This document shows positions 41,599-50,761 of a stretch of 64,000 nucleotides of DNA, piece by piece. Each line of letters begins with the position of its first letter. The first letter of the stretch is position 1. Location of the stretch: contig CBDESZ010000004.1 in assembly GCA_965242725.1 (NCBI GenBank), positions 288,001-352,000 of the forward strand, written 5' to 3'. The translations under genes were made by a program, and so were the position numbers. The DNA is from Alkalispirochaeta sp. GTDB taxonomy: Bacteria > Spirochaetota > Spirochaetia > DSM-27196 > Alkalispirochaetaceae. The notes under the pieces were generated by a model that saw only the letters and a program-made list of their open reading frames with translations, was not told the origin of the DNA and searched no databases.

Positions 41599-43098
41599 CT
41601 ACCTGCTGATCGCGTCCTCGATCAACCTGCGCCACGATGAAGGGATCGCCGTTATGGGATAGACGTAGCCGAGTTGCCCCGCATCGAGTCCGACGACCTC
41701 CGTGGTCAGGCCGACGATGTGAAACGTGGTATCCAGCGCCGCCCCGCCTGAGCTTCCTTCATTGATCTCACCGTCTGTCTTGATGAGCCGGCCAAAGGGC
41801 ACCTGCTGGTATCCCGAGACGATCCCTTCCGTATATGTGATGGACGCCCGCGACCCCGTTCCTCCGATGGAGGGATAGCCGATAAAGCGTAAATCGTCAC
41901 CGAAGGACGGCGTCGTCTCAAATCGTCCGGGCAGGTAGGGGAACGAGAGATCCTCCGGCAGGGGGTTGCCGTACCGGTCTGATGTAATCCTCAGGAGCGC
42001 CAGGTCCCGATCCTCGGCAGTTTCTATCACCTCCGCCAGAAAGAGCTCCCGCGCCGGACGCCCGTGATCGATACTCAAACCGACGGTGATATCATCCGCC
42101 GGCGAACCGGTGTCGCCGAGAACGACGTGGTAATTGGTCAGAATATGACCATCCGGGGTGACTATGACGCCGGACCCGCCGCCGTGTTCAGTCAGAATCT
42201 CGACAGTCGAGAGGAGGGCCCGTTCCACATCGGAGGTCACCTCCGGCAGCGAAATCGGTACACCCAGAAATTCAGGCGGAGTCGGCTGATCATGGACGGA
42301 AATGCGGTATGGCGCGGAATACTCATCGGAAATCTGGTCAATGACCAGTGCGTAGTACCGTCCCGGACGCAGGCGGGGTGAGGAGTTGCGGTCAATGATT
42401 ATCTGCTCCGTCGAGCGGACCGTCTGCGCCCAGTACTCGGAGGCGAAGGGATCGACGACGGCATTGTTGCGATTCACGAAGAGGTCAATATCCGCATCGG
42501 TGTCGCTGATATCAATACGGAGGGCGTTTGTCCCGAGGGGCACGTTGATTTCGTAGAGATCGACCATTCCGTTTTCCGGCTCAAGCGAATCCACATGAGA
42601 CATGCCCGGTGTGAGAACAGCTTCGACCTGCGGAATAAAAGCATGAGCCGTAAGCTGAAAGGGGATCGAGGTAAGGCGAACGCCGTCAAGCTGCGGCGGA
42701 ATTGTGTACTGATATGCCACGGTGAGCTTGAATCGTCCGGAAGTCAGCGGGGGCGAGGATATGCGACTGAGGCGGATACGCTCGTTGTACATGGATGCTT
42801 CCGAGACGGCGACGAGCTCGTCCTCCTCGGTATGGAGAAAGAGATCCAGATCGGCCGACGCGCCTTCAATGGCGAACTCCAGCGCAAACACATTTTCAGG
42901 AACATCGACGGTAAACTCCCGATACGAGGGCGTCTCCCCGGTCACATTCAACGCAACTGAAACGGTCTGGTTCAGCGGCAGCGGCGGATCGGGGCGCTGC
43001 TTTCTGCCCTGCCCGTAGACTGGAGCCGGACCGGACTGCATCGACAGGATGATCAACACGACAAGCATCAGGGACGATCGTAATCCATGTACTCTCAT
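41599..43098 (-). CDS. Exported trypsin-like serine protease with two PPC-like domains
   Basis: Signal peptide; two AD(L/I)DLF PPC motifs; TNYHVV, DLALL, GSSGG triad. Confidence 0.85.
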   Translation of the reverse strand: MRVHGLRSSLMLVVLIILSMQSGPAPVYGQGRKQRPDPPLPLNQTVSVALNVTGETPSYREFTVDVPENVFALEFAIEGASADLDLFLHTEEDELVAVSEASMYNERIRLSRISSPPLTSGRFKLTVAYQYTIPPQLDGVRLTSIPFQLTAHAFIPQVEAVLTPGMSHVDSLEPENGMVDLYEINVPLGTNALRIDISDTDADIDLFVNRNNAVVDPFASEYWAQTVRSTEQIIIDRNSSPRLRPGRYYALVIDQISDEYSAPYRISVHDQPTPPEFLGVPISLPEVTSDVERALLSTVEILTEHGGGSGVIVTPDGHILTNYHVVLGDTGSPADDITVGLSIDHGRPARELFLAEVIETAEDRDLALLRITSDRYGNPLPEDLSFPYLPGRFETTPSFGDDLRFIGYPSIGGTGSRASITYTEGIVSGYQQVPFGRLIKTDGEINEGSSGGAALDTTFHIVGLTTEVVGLDAGQLGYVYPITAIPSSWRRLIEDAISR

Positions 43099-43101
43099 AT
43101 C

Positions 43102-43431
43102 CTACTCCGAAAATTTGAGGTTATAGAGCCGGGTCATCTTCTCTTCAAGATCGGGGGCGCTCACGTATCGCGCTTCCCGTATCGTCTCTTTCCCGTCAAC
43201 AAAGACGAGTATTCCCGGAATAGTAAAGATGGAAAAGTCACCTGCCGCTTCAGGCAGCACATCCAGATTTACGTAGTAGGAAGTAGCCATCGGGAAGGCT
43301 GAAACCATCCCCGATACCTTTGGCTTCAGGGCCGTACAGACACCGCAGTCGGGTCTGGAAAAATAGGCGAGGAGGTAGGGCTCCTCCTTGATACGACGAT
43401 GCAAATCGTCGAGGGACGTGATCTCAATCAT
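43102..43431 (-). CDS. Thioredoxin-family protein
   Basis: CGVC motif, FTIP, DGKE..R. Confidence 0.85.
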   Translation of the reverse strand: MIEITSLDDLHRRIKEEPYLLAYFSRPDCGVCTALKPKVSGMVSAFPMATSYYVNLDVLPEAAGDFSIFTIPGILVFVDGKETIREARYVSAPDLEEKMTRLYNLKFSE

Positions 43432-43481
43432 AGTTCGCAAAGTATAGCGATCGTCGGAAGTGTGTGCTATACTCCGCCGCC

Positions 43482-44588
43482 ATGGCTCTCAATGTAGGAA
43501 TCGTAGGTCTCCCAAACGTCGGTAAATCGACAATATTCTCAGCCCTCACCGCCGTACAGGCGGAAGCGGCAAACTATCCCTTTTGCACAATCGATCCGAA
43601 TGTAGGGATCGTTCCCGTCCCCGACCGCCGGCTGGACCAGCTCGCATCGATAATCACCACCGAGAAAGTGGTGCCCACAACGGTTGAATTTGTCGATATC
43701 GCCGGTCTTGTGAAAGGTGCGAGCCGCGGTGAAGGCCGGGGAAACCAGTTTCTCGCCCATATCCGGGAGACAGGGATCATCGCCCACGTGGTGCGGTGCT
43801 TTGACAACGACGACATTACCCACGTCGACGGATCGGTCGATCCCGTCCGCGATATCGATACGATCAATATTGAACTCGCCCTTGCCGACCTCGAAACGGT
43901 GACGAAGCGGCGCGACAGACTCACCAAGGAGCTGAAATCGGCGGACAAGGGGATCGCCGCCCGGGCAAAGGCGCTGGAACCCCTCCTCCTTACCCTCACC
44001 GATCATCTCCAGGACGGCCGGCCCGCCCGGTCCCTGGACCTCACCGCGGATCAATGGCTGAGCCTGCGTGACCTTCATCTGCTGACGGCCAAGCCCGTTC
44101 TCTATGTCTGCAATGTCGACGAATCGGGCATGCACGGCGAGAGCACCTACGAAGGGCAGGTGCGGGAGATCGCCTCAGGGGAAAACGCGGAGGTGGTGCG
44201 TATTTGCGGACAGCTTGAGGCGGAGATAGCCGCTCTGGAGAGTGAAGAAGAGCGGGTGGCTTTCCTCGAAGATGCCGGGCTGGAAGAACCCGGATTGTCC
44301 CAATTGATTCGCACCGGCTATGACGGGCTGGGCCTGAGAACCTTCTTCACCGCCGGCCCCAAGGAAATCCGGGCGTGGACCTTCAAGGCGGGGGCTAAAG
44401 CTCCCGAGGCGGCCGGTGTCATTCACACGGACTTCCAGAAAGGATTCATTCGCGCCGAGACGTACCATATTTCCGACCTCGTATCCCTCGGGAGCGAGCA
44501 GAAAGTAAAGGAAGCGGGCAAACTGCGACAGGAAGGCAAGGAGTACGTCGTCCAGGACGGAGACGTCATGTTTTTCAAGTTCAACTAG
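43482..44588 (+). CDS. ychF: Redox-regulated ATPase YchF
   Basis: GIVGLPNVGKST, NYPFCTIDPN, DIAGLVKGAS, EYVVQDGDV. Confidence 0.97.
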   Translation: MALNVGIVGLPNVGKSTIFSALTAVQAEAANYPFCTIDPNVGIVPVPDRRLDQLASIITTEKVVPTTVEFVDIAGLVKGASRGEGRGNQFLAHIRETGIIAHVVRCFDNDDITHVDGSVDPVRDIDTINIELALADLETVTKRRDRLTKELKSADKGIAARAKALEPLLLTLTDHLQDGRPARSLDLTADQWLSLRDLHLLTAKPVLYVCNVDESGMHGESTYEGQVREIASGENAEVVRICGQLEAEIAALESEEERVAFLEDAGLEEPGLSQLIRTGYDGLGLRTFFTAGPKEIRAWTFKAGAKAPEAAGVIHTDFQKGFIRAETYHISDLVSLGSEQKVKEAGKLRQEGKEYVVQDGDVMFFKFN

Positions 44589-44613
44589 CCACTCTACTCT
44601 GTACCGCGATGTG

Positions 44614-45375
44614 TTATCGTTTCCGCGCCACGTAAAAGCCGTAGCCGAAATAGTCCTGGAACCGTCGATAGAGCTCCGCCTCGCGTCGTTCCATGGCGGC
44701 CACTTCAACCGCTTCCGGACGGTCGGCGTGTCTTTCGAGAAACCGGGGTATGCGTTGTTCCGTAGGTGCGTAGTAGTTGTCGATCCAGGCGGTTGGAGGA
44801 AGGGTGAGGTATCCCAATAGGTCGTACCCCGCGCGCTCGAGTATTCCGATCTTTTCGGGAGCGGTGGCGATTCCGGGATATTCTACGTTCCAGTGTTTTC
44901 TGATTTCGTCGGGAGGATCCGGGCGCAGCCACGTCAATTCCGAGACGGCGATGACACCGCCGGTCCGTAAAAACGGTTTCCACCCTTCAACTCCCGCGGC
45001 GAACCCGATGTTGTAAATCGCTCCCTCCGACCAGATCAGGTCGAGGGATTCCGGTTCAAAGGAGAGGTTGTCCATCGATTCGACGCGCGTTTCGATTCGG
45101 TCGGCATGCCCTGCCGTTTGCGCCAGTTCACCGAGGATGTCCAGAAATTCCGGAAAGAGGTCTACCGCGACGAAATGCGCGGCAGGCAGGTTGCCGGCCA
45201 GTGTGAGGGTTGAGGCGCCACTGCCGCAGCCGATATCGGCAATCTGAAGTTCCGCGTCCCTGTCCACCCGAGTCAGTTCAAGGGCTTGCAGCGTTTCCTC
45301 GTCACTTCCCGGTCCCTGCCGTAATCCGTCCCGGTGTAAATCCACAAGGAGGGCCAACAACGTGTTTTCGTCCAT
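44614..45375 (-). CDS. Class I SAM-dependent methyltransferase
   Basis: RQGPGS, ADIGCGSG, DLIWSEGAIYNIG. Confidence 0.9.
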   Translation of the reverse strand: MDENTLLALLVDLHRDGLRQGPGSDEETLQALELTRVDRDAELQIADIGCGSGASTLTLAGNLPAAHFVAVDLFPEFLDILGELAQTAGHADRIETRVESMDNLSFEPESLDLIWSEGAIYNIGFAAGVEGWKPFLRTGGVIAVSELTWLRPDPPDEIRKHWNVEYPGIATAPEKIGILERAGYDLLGYLTLPPTAWIDNYYAPTEQRIPRFLERHADRPEAVEVAAMERREAELYRRFQDYFGYGFYVARKR

Positions 45376-45462
45376 CACGACACAATTAGTATATATTCCG
45401 CAGGATTTCAACGTGTCTCGTTCAGTCTCGACTTCACTGCGTGCCCGGCATATGCTGGTACT

Positions 45463-46761
45463 ATGGAAAAGAACGGACGGGATCGTTTCTTTCGTGCATT
45501 CGGCGATGAGCTGCTCTTTCATTCCGGCCAGTACGCCCTCTTTTATATCCTGATGAACTTCAGCAGCGCCGGCCTGGGATACTTTCAGAACCTGGGACAT
45601 ACGGTGCTGTTGTTCATCCTGGTGGTACAGACGAGTGTGCTTGTTCTTTTTGGTTCAACGCCGCCGAGACGATTCTTCTTTTCCCTACTTGCGCCGGCGA
45701 TGTATACCCTCCTGGAACTGCGTGAAGGAATATCCTTTGTGCTGAACATGGGACACATGTTTTTCTGGATCAGTTCGATAGTGACCGGGGCAATTCAGGC
45801 GGCCATGCTGGGTGACCGGGAATCGAAGGTGCGGGAAGTCCTCGAGTTTTTGCTGACCATGGTGAACGTCGCGATTTTCATGGTTGTCTACTTCTATTTT
45901 GATATCAAACTCGGTCTGGAGGAGTCCGTTGCCGCCGGGACGTTGTCGGTGGAGCAGATGAACCGGGAACTTGAGATCTCCCGATTTGTTCCGTCCTTCG
46001 TCGATTTTCTCGCGGATCCCGCCCATTTGTATATCGTTGCAGGCGGCGTGATTCTCGCGGCAACCCTCGGTATCGGCCGCGTTCGCATTATTAAACTTTC
46101 TGCAAGGATAGCCGAGCTCTTCGGACAATACGTGGACAACGACGTAAGGGACCGCATCCTATCCAAGGATGGGGAGACGATTGCCGACTTCCGGGAAGTA
46201 GCGATCCTTTTTTCCGATATCCGCGATTTTACCACCCTTTCAGAAGACGAGACACCGGGGAACATCACGGCCATGCTCAACGAATATTTCTCGTGGTGGG
46301 ACCGGGAAGTGAAACGGCATGGCGGTATCATCGACAAATATATCGGCGACGCCGTGATGGTCATTTTCGGACTTGAGAACAGCGATACCGCATGCGCATC
46401 CGCAGTTGAGTGTGCCCTGGCGATGAAATCGAGCCTCCCGGAGCTTCAGGATTTAATGAAGAGGCGGGGTATTCCCGCAATTGAAGGATTTGGCGTGGGA
46501 ATCAACTATGGACCGGTGCTGGTCGGCGACATAGGGAGCGCCAACCGCAGAAATTTTACCGTCGTCGGGGATTCCGTCAACGTCGCCTCCCGACTGGAGA
46601 GCGCAACCAAGGAACTCGACGCCTCGATCGTCATCAGTGAGGCGACGTTTCAACAGCTGCCGGAAGGTCTGAAAACACGCTTTACCGCCAGGGGAGCCGT
46701 CTCACTCAAGGGACGGAAGGACACAATCAAGGTCTACTCGGATCCATACGAGGGAAGGTAG
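45463..46761 (+). CDS. Membrane-bound class III adenylate/guanylate cyclase
   Basis: N-terminal TMs; ILFSDIRDFT, DKYIGDAVM, GDSVNVASRLE, KGR. Confidence 0.9.
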   Translation: MEKNGRDRFFRAFGDELLFHSGQYALFYILMNFSSAGLGYFQNLGHTVLLFILVVQTSVLVLFGSTPPRRFFFSLLAPAMYTLLELREGISFVLNMGHMFFWISSIVTGAIQAAMLGDRESKVREVLEFLLTMVNVAIFMVVYFYFDIKLGLEESVAAGTLSVEQMNRELEISRFVPSFVDFLADPAHLYIVAGGVILAATLGIGRVRIIKLSARIAELFGQYVDNDVRDRILSKDGETIADFREVAILFSDIRDFTTLSEDETPGNITAMLNEYFSWWDREVKRHGGIIDKYIGDAVMVIFGLENSDTACASAVECALAMKSSLPELQDLMKRRGIPAIEGFGVGINYGPVLVGDIGSANRRNFTVVGDSVNVASRLESATKELDASIVISEATFQQLPEGLKTRFTARGAVSLKGRKDTIKVYSDPYEGR

Positions 46762-46787
46762 AACTTCCGCGACGATTCAGTAATGAT

Positions 46788-47465
46788 ATGTGTGTGATTT
46801 CCGACGACGATTGGCGAGTTTTTTCAAAGCGATTTTCTCTGTCCGGTATGGACAGGCACTCGGAGCTGCTGATCAGGAGCAACGGTGTTCTTCGACGCGT
46901 TGAATCCGGTGAAGTGCTCTATCGTGATGGCGACAGCTGCACGCATCTACCACTGGTTGTATCGGGAGAATTGATTCTTACCAAACATGCAGAGAACGGC
47001 CGGGCGATTACTCTCTACCGGGTGGAAGGGGGGCAATCGTGCATCCTCTCCACGCTGAGCATTCTCAATTCCGATGTCTTCCCCGCCGAGGCGACGACAC
47101 GGGGGGCATCGACGCTGTTGCTTGTTCCTGCGGAGGTGCTGCGCCGCCTGATTGATCGTGATGATTGGTGGCGACGCTTTGTGTTTTCAACGTACCATCA
47201 GCGCCTTTCAGGACTGATTTCTCTCATTGAAGAGGTTGTCTTCGGCAAACTGGACGTCCGTTTGGCGGAACTCCTCCTTCAACGGACCGGCGAGGAACAC
47301 CGTTCCCTGGAAACGACACATCAGGAACTTGCCGAGGAGCTCGGCTCTTCCCGGGAGGTGGTGAGCCGACTTTTAAAAGACTGGGAACGTCAGGGTGTTG
47401 TGGAACTGCACAGGGGAGAAGTGAATATCAAAGACCGCACATCCCTCGAAAAATTTCAGCGTTAA
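46788..47465 (+). CDS. Crp/Fnr family transcriptional regulator
   Basis: cNMP-like domain with SCILS; HTH THQELAEELGSSREVVSRLL. Confidence 0.9.
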   Translation: MCVISDDDWRVFSKRFSLSGMDRHSELLIRSNGVLRRVESGEVLYRDGDSCTHLPLVVSGELILTKHAENGRAITLYRVEGGQSCILSTLSILNSDVFPAEATTRGASTLLLVPAEVLRRLIDRDDWWRRFVFSTYHQRLSGLISLIEEVVFGKLDVRLAELLLQRTGEEHRSLETTHQELAEELGSSREVVSRLLKDWERQGVVELHRGEVNIKDRTSLEKFQR

Positions 47466-47480
47466 CGTGACTTTGTCACA
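47466..47480. promoter_or_regulatory. Crp/Fnr-type palindromic site upstream of the DUF2892 gene
   Basis: CGTGAC-TTT-GTCACA. Confidence 0.6.
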
Positions 47481-47540
47481 GACCCCCGCTCTTTTCAGCG
47501 CGTATCTTCAGGTAAAGACGTACCTTCTGGAGGAATACAA

Positions 47541-47741
47541 ATGAAGAAGAATATGGGTTCAATTGACAGAGTTCTGCGTATCGTTCTGGCGATAGCTTTC
47601 GTACTTGTCGCGGTCAATTACGGCGGACTTTTCTGGATTCTTGGTGCATTGGGCGTTGTTTTTGTCCTTACCGCGGCAGTCGGCGTATGTCCGCTCTACA
47701 TGCCCTTCAAAATCAGTACGCGGAAAGGCGGCTCGAACTAA
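47541..47741 (+). CDS. DUF2892 (YgaP-like) membrane protein
   Basis: NMGSIDRVLR..G.CPLY..FKIST; GGAGG RBS. Confidence 0.9.
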   Translation: MKKNMGSIDRVLRIVLAIAFVLVAVNYGGLFWILGALGVVFVLTAAVGVCPLYMPFKISTRKGGSN

Positions 47742-47803
47742 GGGGCTTATCGGGAATGCAGGATGCAGCGACCGGGATGAGTTTCGTTTGATGCGGCAGC
47801 GCG

Positions 47804-48761
47804 TCACCGGTCAGCGTCTTCTTCCCGATTCAGTTTCCCCTGGGATACGCCATAGCGTTCTTTCCGCTCGACGTTACCCTTCGGTTCCACGTGGACGAGT
47901 ACGTCGTACACGTTGTCGACAGCTTCCTTTATCGCCTGCTCAACCTGTTGTGCAATTCTGTGGCCCTCGACAATGGTGAGGTTTCCATCAACCTCAATGT
48001 CCAGGTCGACGACCTGCATGGGACCGATGGTACGTATTCGCGTCCGGTGGGGATGCTCCGCTCCCTCGATTTCGTTGACTACCGAAAAGATCGTCTCGTA
48101 GGCGTCCCGGTCTTTGAAATCCTTCCATCAGCTCGGTATTGGTGTCGAGAAAGATCTGAAACGCGACGAACATGATCCAGACGCTGATGAGAAGCGCCAC
48201 GACCGTGTCCACGGCGGGAAGGTCAAACTGTATCGTGAACGCAAGACCGACGAGAACCCCGACGGAAACGGCGATATCCGCCCGCATGTTTTTGGCGTCG
48301 GCGACGAGCATGGAACTGTTCACCCGCATACCGACGATTCCCTTATATATCGCCAGACCGCCTTTGCCGAGAATTGACGCGACGGTGACCCAGACGGCAA
48401 GGACCGACGGAATATCCCTGGTATTGCCGGCGATCAGGTCACCGAACGTTCCGAACGCCAATTGGGCCCCCGCGAAAAAAATGATAAAGGAGACCGACTT
48501 GGTAGCGATCGTCTCAACGCGACTGTGTCCGTAGGGGTGATCGATATCGGGAGGTTTGGACGTGATGCGCGCAGCGACAAGGGTGATGGCGCTGGTAAGA
48601 ACGTCAAGGCCCGAGTCTATCCCGTCGCCGAGAACCGCGGCACTGCCTGAGATATATCCCGCCACTCCCTTCAGAAGCGCAAGCAAGCCGTTTCCGATAA
48701 TACCAACCCAGGATGCGATGACGATCCTGCGTGACCGTTCCGTAGCATGATTTTGCGTCAC
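47804..48761 (-). CDS. Cation diffusion facilitator (FieF-like); frameshift at ~48118
   Basis: PPDIDHPYGHSRVE, ADAKNMRAD, DLDIEVD..GH.I, VHVEP; removing one base joins ORFs 47994-48761 and 47804-48019. Confidence 0.85.
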
Positions 48762-48857
48762 CGGGCAACGGTAGCGTACCTTCCCGGGGAGGGCAAGTGT
48801 CCGTTGACCTCGCTTAAAAGTTATGCTAAGCTAACTTTCCATTCAGGAGACACCAGT

Positions 48858-49832
48858 ATGAACGAGTTTCTCAACGCGGAAAGCCATCGGCATTCACATG
48901 TTTTTGGCCTGGACAGAAAGCACGCGGTGTGAACGCAAGACCCACATCGTCATTGCGATAACCGCGACGATGATGCTGTTTGAAATTACCGCCGGGGCTG
49001 CATTTGGCTCCATGCCCTCCTCGCGGATGGGATCCATATGGCATCCCACGCCATTGCCCTCGGTATCGTGGCATTTGCCTATGCCTATGCAAGGAATCAC
49101 GCCAATGATACCCGATTCAGTTTTTGGGGCTGGAAAAGTAAACGCCCTCGGCGGATATACCGGGGCAATACTCCTTGGTATTTTTGCATTCATGATGGCC
49201 TGGGAAAGTATCGGAAGATTATTCCGTCCCGTGGAGATCGCCTTCGACCAGGCAATTATCGTCGCAGTTCTCGGTCTCGTGGTAAACGGTGTCTCCGTCT
49301 TTGTCCTTGGAGACCATCATCACGGCCACGGCCACGACCACGACCACGACCATGGTCACCATCATGATCATCACCATCACCATCACCATCACGACCACAA
49401 CCGACGTGCCGCCTACTTCCACGTACTCGCCGACGCGCTTACCTCGGTTACCGGCGATTATCGCACTGGTGATCGGGAAGATTTTCGGTCTCGTATGGTT
49501 TGATCCCCTCATGGGCGTGGCGGGCTCCATTCTTGTCGCGAAGTGGTCCTACGGGCTTCTGAAACAGACGTCGACGGTCCTCCTCGATCATCAGGATTCC
49601 GATATCGCCGGGCACATCCGGGACATGGTTTGCAGCGGAGGAGAATGTCGATATCTTCGACCTGCATGTGTGGACCGTTGCGCCGGGACGCCTGGCCGCA
49701 ATTGTCGGCCTGGTCACGACACCGGAGGTCAATATCGACGATCTTCGACAGAGGATTTCGGTATTTCCCGGGCTTGCCCACATTACCATTGAAAATCGCG
49801 GAGTGCCTGCGATGTACTCCCAACCGAGCTAA
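48858..49832 (+). CDS. dmeF: DmeF-like Co/Ni CDF exporter with His-rich loop; about five frameshifts (errors or pseudogene)
   Basis: Fragments ERKT.IV, GSMALLADG.HM.SH, FG.GKV, HDHN.RAAY.HVLADALTS, DPLMG, DLHVW, LAHITIE; breaks at ~48928, ~49014, ~49122, ~49452, ~49640. Confidence 0.8.
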
Positions 49833-49921
49833 CGATCAGACCAACCTTTCCTCATTCCCTGAGTTCATAGGGCGTGAGATTTTGTTTTATTTTTGTTGTA
49901 ATCTGATTGGGAGAGGACGAA

Positions 49922-50140
49922 ATGAAAGCAGAGTTCACCGCAATCATCGACAAGGCTCCGGAGGGTGGCTATTGGGCTGTTTGTCCGGAGATTCCCGGCG
50001 CCAACGGACAAGGGGAAACGAAAGAAGAGGCGAAGGAGTGCCTCCGGGAAGCGATTGCTCTGATCCTCGAAGATAGGCTGGAGGATGGGCTTCGCGGTCT
50101 GGCATCAGGAGCCATTCGAGAGACGATTTCAGTCGGATGA
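49922..50140 (+). CDS. hicB: HicB-family antitoxin (short form, no DNA-binding domain)
   Basis: GGYWAVCPEIPGANGQGETKEEA..LREAI. Confidence 0.9.
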   Translation: MKAEFTAIIDKAPEGGYWAVCPEIPGANGQGETKEEAKECLREAIALILEDRLEDGLRGLASGAIRETISVG

Positions 50141-50316
50141 AACGCTCGGAGCTCGAACGTCGTCTACGGAGGAGTGGCTGCTACCTGAAGCGTGAGGGGC
50201 GATCACATTCCATCTGGGTCAATCCTCAAACGAGTGTTGTAGAGACGATCCCTCGACACACCGAAATCAAAGAACCCCTTGCGAGGAAGATTTTGCGGAA
50301 TCTTGGCGCTCAATGA
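50137..50316 (+). CDS. hicA: HicA-family toxin (59 aa; absent from the ORF track)
   Basis: Hand translation MKRSELERRLRRSGCYLKREGRSHSIWVNPQTSVVETIPRHTEIKEPLARKILRNLGAQ; ATGA overlap with hicB. Confidence 0.9.
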   Translation: MKRSELERRLRRSGCYLKREGRSHSIWVNPQTSVVETIPRHTEIKEPLARKILRNLGAQ

Positions 50317-50574
50317 AGTACCTGCCGCGACGTAGTTAATCAGCCGGGAACGTCGTCCCGTTCGTGTAATAACTGACGATTCAGCATTTCTCGCTGCTCC
50401 CGGCGGCACTGCGAAATCCCGGAAGGTTCAGTACGCGCGTAGATTCTGTCGGCTCCCTCCGACCCGTCTCCGGCACTAATCCGGCATCCTGCCGGATTGC
50501 ACTCGCCCGTTCGGCGCGTTCCTCGCTTTGCTGTGGTACGCCCGCCAACCGTTTCAAGTCCTCTCCATCCCTGA

Positions 50575-50617
50575 CAAAAAGAAAGCCGAGCACCAAAAGG
50601 TACTCGGCTTTCTTTTG
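50575..50617 (-). terminator. Intrinsic terminator after tRNA-Leu
   Basis: AAAAGAAAGCCGAGCACC-AAAA-GGTACTCGGCTTTCTTTT dyad. Confidence 0.8.
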
Positions 50618-50699
50618 CCCGAGAGAGGACTTGAACCTCCACGTCCGTAAGGACACTAGACCCTGAACCTAGCGCGTCTACCAGTTCCGCCACTCGGGC
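50616..50699 (-). tRNA. tRNA-Leu(CAG), CCA not encoded
   Basis: Reverse complement GCCCGAGTGGCGGAACTGGTAGACGCGCTAGGTTCAGGGTCTAG..GGAGGTTCAAGTCCTCTCTCGGGCA; long variable arm. Confidence 0.97.
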
Positions 50700-50761
50700 A
50701 TGTTCGTAATGTGTTGGCGATAGTACCGCGGGGTGACGGCATTGTCAATATGGAAAACCGG

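Noticed and set aside
50340..50693. 117-aa minus-strand ORF
   Set aside because: It is a translation of the tRNA-Leu gene and its trailer.
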